Shown here piece after piece: positions 49,692 through 59,447 of a DNA stretch of 64,000 nucleotides. A model generated the notes under the pieces. That model was not told where the DNA came from and ran no database searches. It worked only from the letters and a program-made list of their open reading frames with translations. The DNA lies in NCBI GenBank assembly GCA_949288455.1, contig CASEKF010000042.1, positions 52,977-116,976 of the forward strand. Reading direction: 5' to 3'. Position numbers and translations under genes: made by a program. The stretch's first letter is position 1, and each line of letters begins with the position of its first letter. The stretch is from an uncultured bacterium (GTDB lineage Bacteria > Vulcanimicrobiota > CADAWZ01).

Positions 49692-50417
49692 TTAGTATCC
49701 AAGTTTAATACATTCGTCTTCTATATCCTTTATTCTTTCCTCAGTTAAAGGATGCGAGCCTATAAGAGCGTTAAGAAATCCCGGCATTTGTTTATTGGTA
49801 TTTTTCAGCTTTTGCATTAGGGATATGCCCGCTCTGGGATTTTTGCCTAATCCTTTGGATATGTAGCGACAAGCGGCTTTATCGGCCTCCGTTTCGTCTG
49901 CTCTTGAATATCCCGAAGCTAAAACCGTAGAAGCCAGGCTTATTGCCGTTTCGGAACCTTTCGAACTTTTTCCCTTGTTGATGATATTAGCCAGACTGGC
50001 AAGCCCAATCTTTGTATACGCGTTTTGCCGGGCTTGTTTCAGACCGTGAGACAAGGCTACATGAGCTATTTCATGACCTAATACGAACGATAATTCGTCC
50101 TCCGTTAAAATGGATATTATTCCTTTGGTGACGTAAACGAAACCGCCCGGACATGATACTGCGTTGACTTCGTCAGTGTCGAGAATTTTAAACGTATATT
50201 GTAGTTGAGGGCGTTCCGATACCGCTACTATTTTATTTCCCATGTCCGTTATTTTGCTTAGCTCAGGATGCGCCGTTAATACGCCGTACTGCTTTTCCAG
50301 CGATGTGGCTGCCTGAAGTCCCGCTTCCCGTTCTTCTGTTTCTGAAATTGCGAACGCGGAGTTGGCAATTAAAAGTACGAGAAATATTGCCGCGAAGATG
50401 TTATATATTTTTTTCAT
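49692..50417 (-). CDS. Secreted M48-family Zn metallopeptidase
   Basis: Signal peptide, then HEIAH (HExxH) within VLGHEIAHVALSHG. Confidence 0.65.
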   Translation of the reverse strand: MKKIYNIFAAIFLVLLIANSAFAISETEEREAGLQAATSLEKQYGVLTAHPELSKITDMGNKIVAVSERPQLQYTFKILDTDEVNAVSCPGGFVYVTKGIISILTEDELSFVLGHEIAHVALSHGLKQARQNAYTKIGLASLANIINKGKSSKGSETAISLASTVLASGYSRADETEADKAACRYISKGLGKNPRAGISLMQKLKNTNKQMPGFLNALIGSHPLTEERIKDIEDECIKLGY

Positions 50418-50938
50418 TTTATTTTCTTTAGACTTCCTAATATGATTTGAGAATATTGGGAATATTTGTCTTTAAGTTTCTCCGGATATAATAAGTTTAA
50501 TATAAAACCATGCTTTTTATCGGGCGAGACGCATACGGACATTTCAAAAATATATGATTCCTGTTCCTCTTCTTCTTCTTCGTTTTTTACGGAAGCTTTC
50601 AATAAAACTCCTTTCGTCGAATTAACGGTAATATTTTCTTTGCTTATAATATTAAAAAACGGTATGTCGTCTTTCAGTTCTTCGGTCAGCTCTCGCAGTA
50701 ATTCTTCTTCGCTTATATCTTCCTCTTCCATATCTATAACGCTGAAAGTTATGTTGACGTTTTCGTCTTGATTAGTAAAAGTTTTTTCGCTTTCGTCTTC
50801 CGCTTCTTTATCTTCGACGGTTCCGGCAGGCATCGTGATCTCATAGCCTTCTTTCTCAAACGTCGCCTTTGTCTGCGCAAAGATTGCAGTCGTCAGCAAA
50901 ATTAATATAATTCCTAATAAACCGGTTTTTTTTATCAT
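50414..50938 (-). CDS. Secreted highly acidic hypothetical protein
   Basis: 174 aa. Signal peptide and E-rich tracts. Its stop overlaps the M48 gene start (ATGA). Confidence 0.4.
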   Translation of the reverse strand: MIKKTGLLGIILILLTTAIFAQTKATFEKEGYEITMPAGTVEDKEAEDESEKTFTNQDENVNITFSVIDMEEEDISEEELLRELTEELKDDIPFFNIISKENITVNSTKGVLLKASVKNEEEEEEQESYIFEMSVCVSPDKKHGFILNLLYPEKLKDKYSQYSQIILGSLKKIK

Positions 50939-50971
50939 TATTTTCCTCCTTTTCGCGTATTATTCGCGCGT

Positions 50972-51469
50972 TTATTTTTTCTTTTGTAGACTGGAAGCTA
51001 TTTTATTAAAAATTTCGGCGTTTTCTTCTTCGTTCTCGGTTGGACAAGAGCAAATTAAGGCGTAAGAATATTTTTCGGTAGAGAATATATATATGAACGC
51101 TGAATAACTTTCGTCTCCCTCCGTTTTTATTCCATATAAAACGAGAGCTTCTCCGTTGAAGTTTTCGTTCGCTTCATAGGATATTTTCAGGTTTTCCCCG
51201 GAATTTTTAATCGAGTCTGCTATACTTTTTTGTATTTCGTCTTGCGTAGCCTCGATAGGATTTTTTATAGACATAACGCTTACTACGGCCGAAGAATTTT
51301 TATCGGAGAACAATAGTTTATTAACCGTGTTTTTAGGCTGCAGTTCAAAAGAATCGGGAAGCGTTACGGCATAACCTCCTTGAAGATAAATTGGCATATC
51401 CGCGTATGACGGCTTTATCGCAATTATTATAAGCAGGTATAATATGAAAAAACCGAGGATCCTTTTCAT
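50972..51469 (-). CDS. Secreted hypothetical protein
   Basis: 165 aa with a signal peptide. Confidence 0.4.
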   Translation of the reverse strand: MKRILGFFILYLLIIIAIKPSYADMPIYLQGGYAVTLPDSFELQPKNTVNKLLFSDKNSSAVVSVMSIKNPIEATQDEIQKSIADSIKNSGENLKISYEANENFNGEALVLYGIKTEGDESYSAFIYIFSTEKYSYALICSCPTENEEENAEIFNKIASSLQKKK

Positions 51470-51775
51470 AATTTATCCTTTCTTATTTTAGTATTTTCTC
51501 AGAATCTAAAGAAATCTTTTATGAAGAATTTCTTCTCATATCTTGAAAGTACCTTCATGTTATTATATTGGCGATATGTTTTGCAAATAAACGGAACTAT
51601 GCGCAATTTTACGAGTGCATGTATGTTAGTCTTTTAGGTCGTCTCAAGTTTTTGTTATTTTGCTTTATCTTGTCAGACAGGATTTTTTTTTTACTCGGGG
51701 GAATTAATGTAAAGTTATATTTATACGATTATATTTCCATAATCGTATCGTTTAAAAGTGATTTTGGAGATTTTT

Positions 51776-53059
51776 ATGATTGTCAAGAACGCAAATGTTT
51801 TCGGCGTTATTTCAGATATATTTATAAAAGACGGCGTTATTTCAGATATCAAACCGTCTTCTTCTCTCTCTTCTTCCGTGTTGGACGCGGACGATATATT
51901 TGACGCTAAGGGCAAAACCGCTTTGCCTTCGTTTTTTAATACTCACTCTCATGCAGCTATGACGTTGCTGCGCGGTTACGCCGACGATATGCCTTTAGAC
52001 GATTGGCTGAAGTGTAAAATATGGCCTGCGGAAGCTAAATTGACTCCTGAAGATATTTATTGGGGTTCTAAATTGGCCTGTGTCGAGATGATTCGCAACG
52101 GCGTTACTTTTTTTAACGATATGTACTGGGAAGAGGACTCTATCGCCGAGGCCGTTACGGAAATGGGTATAAGATGCGCTTTGAGCGCCACTTTTATAGA
52201 TATTTCCGGCAATACTGACAAACTAATCAAAAAATTAAATAAAGCTTATGAAAAACATCTTTCGAGAAATAATGATAAGATCATTTTTACCGTCGCTCCT
52301 CATGCGATTTATACCGTGTCCGAAAGATTGCTGAAATACTCCGCAGATTTTGCCAGAGAGCGAAATCTTGTCATTCATATGCATTTGTCCGAAACCAAGA
52401 AAGAATATGAAGACTGTATAAAAGACCGAGGTTTAAAGCCTGCTTTTTATCTAGATAAATTGGGTTTGCTTTCAGAACGCGCCGTTCTTGCTCATGCCGT
52501 ATGGCTTGACGACGACGAGATTAGTCTGATAGCCGACAGGAACGCAAGCGTATCTTATAATCCTGTGTCAAATATGAAACTTGCCGTAGGCAAGGCTTTT
52601 AATTATGAAAAGATGAAGAAAGCCGGAATTAACGTTTCGATAGGAACTGACGGATGTTCTTCCAACAATAGTCTAAATATGGCGGAAAGCCTTAAATTCG
52701 CTTCTTTGCTTCAGAAGTTTTATTACGATGATCCTTCTATTATGAGCGCCGAAGAAGCTTTTAGGTTGGGCACTGAAAATGGAGCTAGGGCTTTTGGCCT
52801 TAATGCCGGACGGCTAGAAGCCGGCTCTTGCGCCGATTTTTTCCTTTTGCGTCCCGATCTTTCTAATATGACTCCGGGGTATAATATATTTTCGGATATA
52901 GTTTATTCTTCAGGGAATAATTTTGCCGACACTGTCGTCTCCGGCGGTAAAATCGTCATGGCAAACGGCGTTATTAACGGCGAGGACGAGATCGTTTCCG
53001 CCGTATGCCGATTGACGGAAAAATTTAGAGAGCGTCGAAGCCGCGGAGGCAGTTTATGA
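51776..53059 (+). CDS. Amidohydrolase of the SsnA/MtaD/cytosine-guanine deaminase subfamily
   Basis: HSHAAMTLLRG metal-binding motif and a deaminase-like fold. Start moved to the ATG with a GGAGA RBS at 51776. Confidence 0.7.
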   Translation: MIVKNANVFGVISDIFIKDGVISDIKPSSSLSSSVLDADDIFDAKGKTALPSFFNTHSHAAMTLLRGYADDMPLDDWLKCKIWPAEAKLTPEDIYWGSKLACVEMIRNGVTFFNDMYWEEDSIAEAVTEMGIRCALSATFIDISGNTDKLIKKLNKAYEKHLSRNNDKIIFTVAPHAIYTVSERLLKYSADFARERNLVIHMHLSETKKEYEDCIKDRGLKPAFYLDKLGLLSERAVLAHAVWLDDDEISLIADRNASVSYNPVSNMKLAVGKAFNYEKMKKAGINVSIGTDGCSSNNSLNMAESLKFASLLQKFYYDDPSIMSAEEAFRLGTENGARAFGLNAGRLEAGSCADFFLLRPDLSNMTPGYNIFSDIVYSSGNNFADTVVSGGKIVMANGVINGEDEIVSAVCRLTEKFRERRSRGGSL

Positions 53060-54393
53060 ATAAGACAAAATGGATTATAATCGTCGTATTGGCTTTAGTT
53101 TTGGTAATTATTTCCATTTTAGCCGTTTTTAAGACGGATACGGATAGAACTACAAGCTGCTTTAATCCCGTTCTTTCAAACGACGGAAAGATATTGGCTT
53201 ATTGGAAATATGAAAATTTGCCTCGGAAAGATTCAGTATATAAAGAAGGCGATAATGCCTCCTCAGACGATGGCGCGGTCATAAATCTTAGAACTTTGGA
53301 TTTTAATAAGCGCGAGAGAAAAACTTTTTTTTCTATTCCTTTAAAACTTAAAGAAGACGCAAAAATCGACGGCGTTTCAGAATTGGAAATAGCGTATTCT
53401 ATAACGGATTATTCTTCGGGATCTTCAAATATATGGTTATTTTCTCCGTCTTTAGGCGTTTCTGAATTTATTCGGACGGACAAAGACGCCGTTTTTAAAA
53501 ACGAGGTGATTCCTTCTCCTTTAGACGCAAACTTAAAACTAAATTTGAGCTATATTTCCGAAGACAAGTCATCGCTGACGTTATCTTCGGAATCCGGCTC
53601 TTATATTAAAATTTTGGAAGTTCCGGCATATCAGGGTTATATTTACGAACCTAAGTGGGTAGGTGAAAATATAGTCTTTCAGGCTCATGTTAAGCAGAAT
53701 TCCGTTTTTTGCAATCAGCTTTGGTTTTATCAGACCGGCTCCGGAGTTTTAAGCTTAGTATCTAAAAATTGCAGCTCTTATATGATTTCTGACGACGGTA
53801 AGAACGTGGCTTTGCTTATTCCGTCTAAAGCGAAGGGAAAAGAATTATGGGAAATGTCCGTTAAATCTTTTTCTAATCGCGAAAAGATTAAGGATTTAGA
53901 TACCGTATGTTATGAAGAAGAAGTTTTTTTATATGAATGGTCTCCTTCTAACGACGGCTTTCTTATGCAGAGAGGAAATTCTTTATGTTTTTATGATATC
54001 AAGACCATGAAGTTAAAAGAACTTCAAAACGCCGAAAAAGACGGATGGTGGGGATATCCTTTATCCATGTATTACGTAGCTTTTAACGGCGACGGAACTA
54101 AAGTCGCCGCGTTGAATTATAGAGAAGCCTCGGAGAACTCAGGATTTCTCGAATCGATTACTTTAATCGACATAAAATTTGAAACTAAAAAAAGAATATA
54201 TGAAAATTTATTGCCTGAGTTTGGAAAAAAGCAGCCTTTTAAACCTGAATTTTATAAACATATTTTATGGAGTAAATTTAACGGTCACATTATTTTTGAG
54301 AGCAAAAAACCGGATAATCCCGAATTGAAGCGTATTATGTCAATTTCTGAGGATGGAAGTAAAAAGAAAAATTTGAGTTCTTCTATTTTTTAA
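53056..54393 (+). CDS. Membrane-anchored hypothetical protein with PD40/TolB-like beta-propeller repeats
   Basis: N-terminal TM helix and recurring ..S.DGK/SPSNDG/NGDGTK motifs. Confidence 0.4.
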   Translation: MNKTKWIIIVVLALVLVIISILAVFKTDTDRTTSCFNPVLSNDGKILAYWKYENLPRKDSVYKEGDNASSDDGAVINLRTLDFNKRERKTFFSIPLKLKEDAKIDGVSELEIAYSITDYSSGSSNIWLFSPSLGVSEFIRTDKDAVFKNEVIPSPLDANLKLNLSYISEDKSSLTLSSESGSYIKILEVPAYQGYIYEPKWVGENIVFQAHVKQNSVFCNQLWFYQTGSGVLSLVSKNCSSYMISDDGKNVALLIPSKAKGKELWEMSVKSFSNREKIKDLDTVCYEEEVFLYEWSPSNDGFLMQRGNSLCFYDIKTMKLKELQNAEKDGWWGYPLSMYYVAFNGDGTKVAALNYREASENSGFLESITLIDIKFETKKRIYENLLPEFGKKQPFKPEFYKHILWSKFNGHIIFESKKPDNPELKRIMSISEDGSKKKNLSSSIF

Positions 54394-54402
54394 GCCGGCA
54401 AA

Positions 54403-54915
54403 TTGAAAAGATTGGAGACGACGATGCTTAACGGCTCTGAACGTCATATAAGAATACGGATAGGCGTTATTTTAGTTGCGGACAATAAAATTCTTTTGGT
54501 AGAACATTTTAAAAATGGACGCTCTTATTGGCTTATTCCCGGGGGAGGACTCGAATATGGGGAAACTATAGTCGAATGCGCCGTTAGGGAATTAAAGGAA
54601 GAGACTAATCTTGATATATCCGTTTCCAGGTTTTTATTTAGTTCTGAAAGCATAGCTCCCGATGGATCGAAGCATATTTTACATATGTTTTTTCTTGGAA
54701 AAATTATCGGCGATTCTATCAAACGCTTGCGGGTTGGCGAAGATCCCATTCTTAAAAGCGCGGCTTTCGTCGATATAGATCGTCTTGACAAATTGGAATT
54801 TTATCCGCCTATAGGTCATATCGTTAAGTCTTTGCTCTTGGAAGGCATAGCCGAACAAAATCCTTCTTCAAGAATGCATTTAGGGAATTTTTGGAAAAAT
54901 TATCCTACATTGTAG
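54403..54915 (+). CDS. Nudix hydrolase
   Basis: Nudix box G(G)GLEYGETIVECAVRELKEETNL. Confidence 0.7.
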   Translation: MKRLETTMLNGSERHIRIRIGVILVADNKILLVEHFKNGRSYWLIPGGGLEYGETIVECAVRELKEETNLDISVSRFLFSSESIAPDGSKHILHMFFLGKIIGDSIKRLRVGEDPILKSAAFVDIDRLDKLEFYPPIGHIVKSLLLEGIAEQNPSSRMHLGNFWKNYPTL

Positions 54916-55138
54916 TAATATTCGTAATAGGTTAAGCAACGGCGCAAAATTGTTTGCTTATTTCTTGAATACGCGTCGTAGGCGGAGGAGACAGGAGACG
55001 GAGGATTTTGACGAATTTTAGCCTTTGCCCCGAAAAAAATAGGATCCCGCGTGAGGATCTTATTTGAACGCTTATCGTTTTTGGTTTTAAATTATTAGAG
55101 AGAGCCGATTATTTTTATATATTGCCGGTTTTAGTTTT

Positions 55139-55723
55139 TTAGATCATTCCTATAGCTAATTTTCTTGTTTTACCGCATATCAAACATTTAAATTCGGCTA
55201 CGGCCCATCTGGATACTTTTTCAGTTTCTTGCTGAGGGAGCGGAGCGTAAGCATGTTTATGATCCGAGTCTCCTTCTTTTATATAAATTACTTTCTGTCC
55301 TTTCGTTCTGAAAACGATTATGCTTTCCATATCGAGCATTTTAGAGTATTCTATGCTCATGGAATACGATTTGCCGTCCGGAAGGGGAGTAAACTTACAT
55401 TGGCTTCTTATTTCCGATATGGGCATTATTCTGCCGTCTACGGGTTTGCCGTCCGCGCTCATTTCTACAATACAAAGATGTGACGAAGAAGCCAGGCTTT
55501 TCTCGGTAAGAGTGAATCTTACCGTTTTAGAAGTTTTTCTCTCTCTTGGGAACGCTGAGCAGACTCTTATTTTATATCCTTCGGGAGTCTCAAGATTGTA
55601 GCCGGTTTCTTGTCCGACCTTTACGCACCCTGAACCAAAAAGGGACATTACATAATCTACCGCAATTTTATTGCGGCTGAAAGATTGCTGTGAGGATGGC
55701 ATTTTCGTTAATCCTGTTCTCAA
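55139..55723 (-). CDS. Hypothetical protein (194 aa)
   Basis: ORF with an RBS. No recognised domain. Confidence 0.4.
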   Translation of the reverse strand: MRTGLTKMPSSQQSFSRNKIAVDYVMSLFGSGCVKVGQETGYNLETPEGYKIRVCSAFPRERKTSKTVRFTLTEKSLASSSHLCIVEMSADGKPVDGRIMPISEIRSQCKFTPLPDGKSYSMSIEYSKMLDMESIIVFRTKGQKVIYIKEGDSDHKHAYAPLPQQETEKVSRWAVAEFKCLICGKTRKLAIGMI

Positions 55724-55775
55724 ATATGAAAATTTTCATAGGGAATTCTATACGGCGAAGGTTTTTCCCTTTTTT

Positions 55776-55818
55776 AAAAAAAGATACCGTTTTAAGCTTT
55801 CTCAAAACGGTATCTTTT
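55776..55818 (-). terminator. Rho-independent terminator after the 435-aa Gly-zipper gene
   Basis: AAAGATACCGTTTT-aagctttctc-AAAACGGTATCTTT with flanking A/T runs. Confidence 0.55.
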
Positions 55819-55851
55819 AATTGTGTGTTTATTAATTAGGCAAGTCGACGC

Positions 55852-57159
55852 TTAAACCAGCCCTTCCATTAATTTACCTCCCAATTCGGCTCCTTTATCT
55901 CCGCATAATATTGAGCCCGCTATACTTCCTATAAATCCTCCTATTACCGTTCCTATTCCGGGACATATTGCCGTTCCTATCGCCGCTCCTACTGCCGTGC
56001 CGGCCATGTCTCCTACTTTATCTCCGATTATTCCGCCTACTGCTCCGCCTAATCCTACTAATATTTTTTCTCCGGTACTTAGTTCTTTGCCGTTTTCTTC
56101 AGCGTTTTGAATGGCGTCATGAGCTCCCGAGATTCCGCTGACGGCTATGTCAAGTCCCGGAATCGCCTTCCCAATAGTTGTTAATACTTTCTCTCCCGTT
56201 TCCGAGCCTACTTTTGAGCCCACTTTAGCGGTTAAGTCGGCAGCCGCTTTCCCCAAGTCGTCAGCTTTAGTTATGTTTATTGCCCCGGCTAAGTCGGTAA
56301 CTTTTTTGCCTATGTCGCTCGGATTAGCGTTTTTCAGCGTTTCTCCCGCGCCTTGGGTTATTTCTAAAATATCCTTTGTGACGGAGAGGCCGTCGGTAGC
56401 TGCGCTTTGAACGTCTCCCTCTTTTATGGAATTTACCAAGCTGGCTCCGTCGGCCGCTAATCCAAGTCCGGAGCTAATTTTATCAAAAGCTTTGGAATCG
56501 CTCTTTATATCGGGAAGAATTTCGGATATTGCGGCCTTGGTTTGCGGATCTACGTCAGGAAGCATGTCCGAGATTCCGTTTGAGAGTTTGTCTGTTATTT
56601 CGTCTTTTTTCGTTTGCATATTTTGCGGCAGAAGGCTTGTTATTTTGTCTCCTATACCGGGGCCTTTATCTGGAAACTTTTTATCGTTTTCTAAAAATTC
56701 CAGACCTTTGACGGTTCCTTCTAAATATTTTGAATGTTCGTCAGCTATATCCGCGGCGTATCCTAACGGATCGCCCGAGGCCGCATCTTCGGATTCTTCC
56801 GAATTTTCGGTAGAAGTTGAAGGTTGAGCGGTTTTATTCTCGGTATTCGTCTTAGCTTCGCTGTTTGTCGGCCGGCTTTGAGACTTGTTTCCGGATATCT
56901 CGGCATTTTCCTCTTGCGATTCGTCCGTAAAATTTTTGAGGAGCGGACTCACGTCGTTATCGTCGTCTTCTTCAGGTTCGGATATAGATACGTTATCTTG
57001 AGTCGGTTCGGTTTTTGAGGCCGCTTTAGTTTCCGAGGTCTTGGAAGTCGCTTTAGTTTCCGTAGTCTTGGAAGTCGATTCGGTTTTAGACACGCTTTGA
57101 GATTTAGCTGTAGTAGAGCTTTTATTTACGCCGGAAATAGGTTCGATAGGATCTGACAT
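55852..57159 (-). CDS. Glycine-zipper protein with S/T/K/E-rich N-terminal half (function unknown)
   Basis: 435 aa. The C-terminus GGAVGGIIGDKVGDMAGTAVGAAIGTAICPGIGTVIGGFIGSIAGSILCG is a classic GxxxG zipper. The N-terminus is low-complexity. No signal peptide. Confidence 0.55.
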   Translation of the reverse strand: MSDPIEPISGVNKSSTTAKSQSVSKTESTSKTTETKATSKTSETKAASKTEPTQDNVSISEPEEDDDNDVSPLLKNFTDESQEENAEISGNKSQSRPTNSEAKTNTENKTAQPSTSTENSEESEDAASGDPLGYAADIADEHSKYLEGTVKGLEFLENDKKFPDKGPGIGDKITSLLPQNMQTKKDEITDKLSNGISDMLPDVDPQTKAAISEILPDIKSDSKAFDKISSGLGLAADGASLVNSIKEGDVQSAATDGLSVTKDILEITQGAGETLKNANPSDIGKKVTDLAGAINITKADDLGKAAADLTAKVGSKVGSETGEKVLTTIGKAIPGLDIAVSGISGAHDAIQNAEENGKELSTGEKILVGLGGAVGGIIGDKVGDMAGTAVGAAIGTAICPGIGTVIGGFIGSIAGSILCGDKGAELGGKLMEGLV

Positions 57160-57340
57160 CGTTAGAGTCTCCTTTTTTGTAAAGTAAAAATTAAAAAATA
57201 TTTATATTTCCTCTAACTTTATTATAAAGACTGATATGTAGTTAATTATAGAGCTATTTTGTAAACTTTATTGCCAAAATGTTACTTTTATTAAACAAAA
57301 ATAGTTTATTATCGTTTCTTTTGTAGATATAACGCTAACG

Positions 57341-58021
57341 TTAATTTTTATTCTCTTCTATACCTAACACTTGATTGAATAGAGGTTGTTGACACGGTTT
57401 GAGTTGAAGTTCTTTTTTTATCGCGTCTCTGTCGATCGCTCCTAAAAAGACTGAAGTTAATCCTTCTGAAGCGCATGTAAGGTATACGTTTTGCCCTATG
57501 AATCCTGCGTCTACGTTGGCGTATCTGTTTTTTTCCTCCGCGTTGTTCCCTGCCGCTTTATCCATATCTGCGACGTATACGAAGGCTACGGGAGCTTTTT
57601 GAGCGAACGCCTGTTTCCCCGCTATATGTCTTATATCTTTTGAAATCAGTTTTATTAGACTGTGCGTTTTGGGTTCATATATGTGAGCTCCATGTTTTGT
57701 TAATACGACTATAGATATTTCCTGTTTATTCATTGCGGTAGGAGACGTCTTCCTTCCGTCCGGACGGTTGATTCCTGCGGCGGCCCAAAGTATGTTTGAA
57801 AGTTTACGGTCTGATATGTCTTTTGAAGATATGTTTCTAGATGTTTTTCTTAAATTTAAGGCCTTCATTAGAGAAATGCCTCCGCTTTTATCCGGTTTTG
57901 GCAAAAATACTTGATTGTCTTGCCAAGAAGTTTGGTCTTCGCGTTCTTGCGCGTATAAGGCGAAAGACGCAAACATTATGATAGTTACGGCCAACAGCGG
58001 CGTTATATAGAATTTGCTCAT
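57341..58021 (-). CDS. Secreted nitroreductase-family protein
   Basis: Signal peptide. Nitroreductase-like segments (ILWAAAG..P, VDAGFIGQNVYL). Confidence 0.5.
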   Translation of the reverse strand: MSKFYITPLLAVTIIMFASFALYAQEREDQTSWQDNQVFLPKPDKSGGISLMKALNLRKTSRNISSKDISDRKLSNILWAAAGINRPDGRKTSPTAMNKQEISIVVLTKHGAHIYEPKTHSLIKLISKDIRHIAGKQAFAQKAPVAFVYVADMDKAAGNNAEEKNRYANVDAGFIGQNVYLTCASEGLTSVFLGAIDRDAIKKELQLKPCQQPLFNQVLGIEENKN

Positions 58022-58035
58022 GATTTTGCTCTCCT

Positions 58036-59427
58036 TTAAGCATGTTTTATATTCGTAAAATCCGATATTTCTCTATTTATCGTACAGAGATCGTCTACTG
58101 ATAAGTCTTTTAAATTTTTGTGTCCGCACATTCTTAAAAACGTTTCTAATTCGCTTTTTACTACGTTGAGATAATTTGCCAGACGTTGCGCCGCCGCTTC
58201 GATATTCAGCCGTTTCCTTAGTTCCGGATCCTGAGCGGCCGCTCCTACCGGACAAGTTCCCAGATTGCAGACCCTATATTGCTGACATGCCGCAGCCATA
58301 AGAGCCGACGAAGATATGGCTATTCCGTCTGCTCCCATTGCTATAGCTTTGAAAAAGTCCCCGGAAACTCTTAAGCCTCCGGTTATTATTAATTCCTGAG
58401 TCATTCTATGTTCTCTTAAATACTTTTTAGCTCTGTAAAGAGCGTATATCGTCGGTAGAGAACAAGAGTCTCTTACTATTTTTGGACTGGCTCCGGTGGC
58501 TCCGCCTCTTCCGTCTATCGTTATAAAATCAGGATTTGCTGTTCTTATCCATTCAAGGTCTCTCTCTATATGTCCGGCTGCTATTTTTATTCCTATAGGC
58601 CTGCCTTTACTTATTTCTCTAAGCGCGTCGACCAGACGTTTAAGTTCGTTTGCGGATGAGATCCCTTCAAACTTGGACGGGCTTATTATATCCGTTCCAA
58701 CAGGTCTGTTCCTTATTGCGGCGATTTCTTGAGTAACTTTTTCGGCCGGCAGGTGTCCGCCCATCCCGGGTTTTGTTCCCTGGCCTATTTTTATTTCTAC
58801 TGCGTCTGACGTCAGTAAATTTTCTTCCGTTACGCTGTATAAATTAGGCACATACTCAAAAATATATTTATACGCTTCTCTCTTTTCCTCCGGCAGAATT
58901 CCGCCTTCGCCGCTGCAGACTGCGGTTTTAGCCATTGCGGCGCCTTTCGAAAGAGCTATTTTCATTTCTTTGGAAAGGGCTCCGAAAGACATGTGAGAAA
59001 TATAAACGGGATTTTCAAGTTCCATAGGTCGTTTTGCTTTGCTTCCTACGATTATTTTTACGTTCACTTCTTCATGTTCGTCTAGAGGCATAGGGTTAAG
59101 CTGAGCTCCCAAAATTAGAATATCGTCCCAGGATATTAAAGCTTTTTGAGTCCCCATTGGAGATATGATAGTTTTGCCTGAAACGGCCATAGCGTGGATG
59201 TCCGCCATGTATTTTTCTTCGTCTGAGAAGTTTTTTGCAAAAGATGCGGGGTATTCGAGATCTGATTTTACTTCTTGAGTTTTGGTTTCAGTTTCTACGG
59301 GCTTATTTTCGATTCTAAAGGATTTTTTTGGAGTTCCGCAAACCGGACATACCCAAGACTCCGGCAAAGAGTTGAAATCTTCATTTTTATAAACGAAGCC
59401 GCAGACTTCGCATGTCGCTTCAATCAT
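58036..59427 (-). CDS. Rubredoxin-like Zn-ribbon fused to glutamate-synthase FMN-binding domain (GltB domain 2-like) protein
   Basis: N-terminal CEVCGFVY...WVCPVCG (rubredoxin), then a glutamate synthase alpha-subunit FMN domain (GEGG, GxGxGG region). Confidence 0.65.
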   Translation of the reverse strand: MIEATCEVCGFVYKNEDFNSLPESWVCPVCGTPKKSFRIENKPVETETKTQEVKSDLEYPASFAKNFSDEEKYMADIHAMAVSGKTIISPMGTQKALISWDDILILGAQLNPMPLDEHEEVNVKIIVGSKAKRPMELENPVYISHMSFGALSKEMKIALSKGAAMAKTAVCSGEGGILPEEKREAYKYIFEYVPNLYSVTEENLLTSDAVEIKIGQGTKPGMGGHLPAEKVTQEIAAIRNRPVGTDIISPSKFEGISSANELKRLVDALREISKGRPIGIKIAAGHIERDLEWIRTANPDFITIDGRGGATGASPKIVRDSCSLPTIYALYRAKKYLREHRMTQELIITGGLRVSGDFFKAIAMGADGIAISSSALMAAACQQYRVCNLGTCPVGAAAQDPELRKRLNIEAAAQRLANYLNVVKSELETFLRMCGHKNLKDLSVDDLCTINREISDFTNIKHA

Positions 59428-59447
59428 GTTTTAATCTCCTTTATAAG

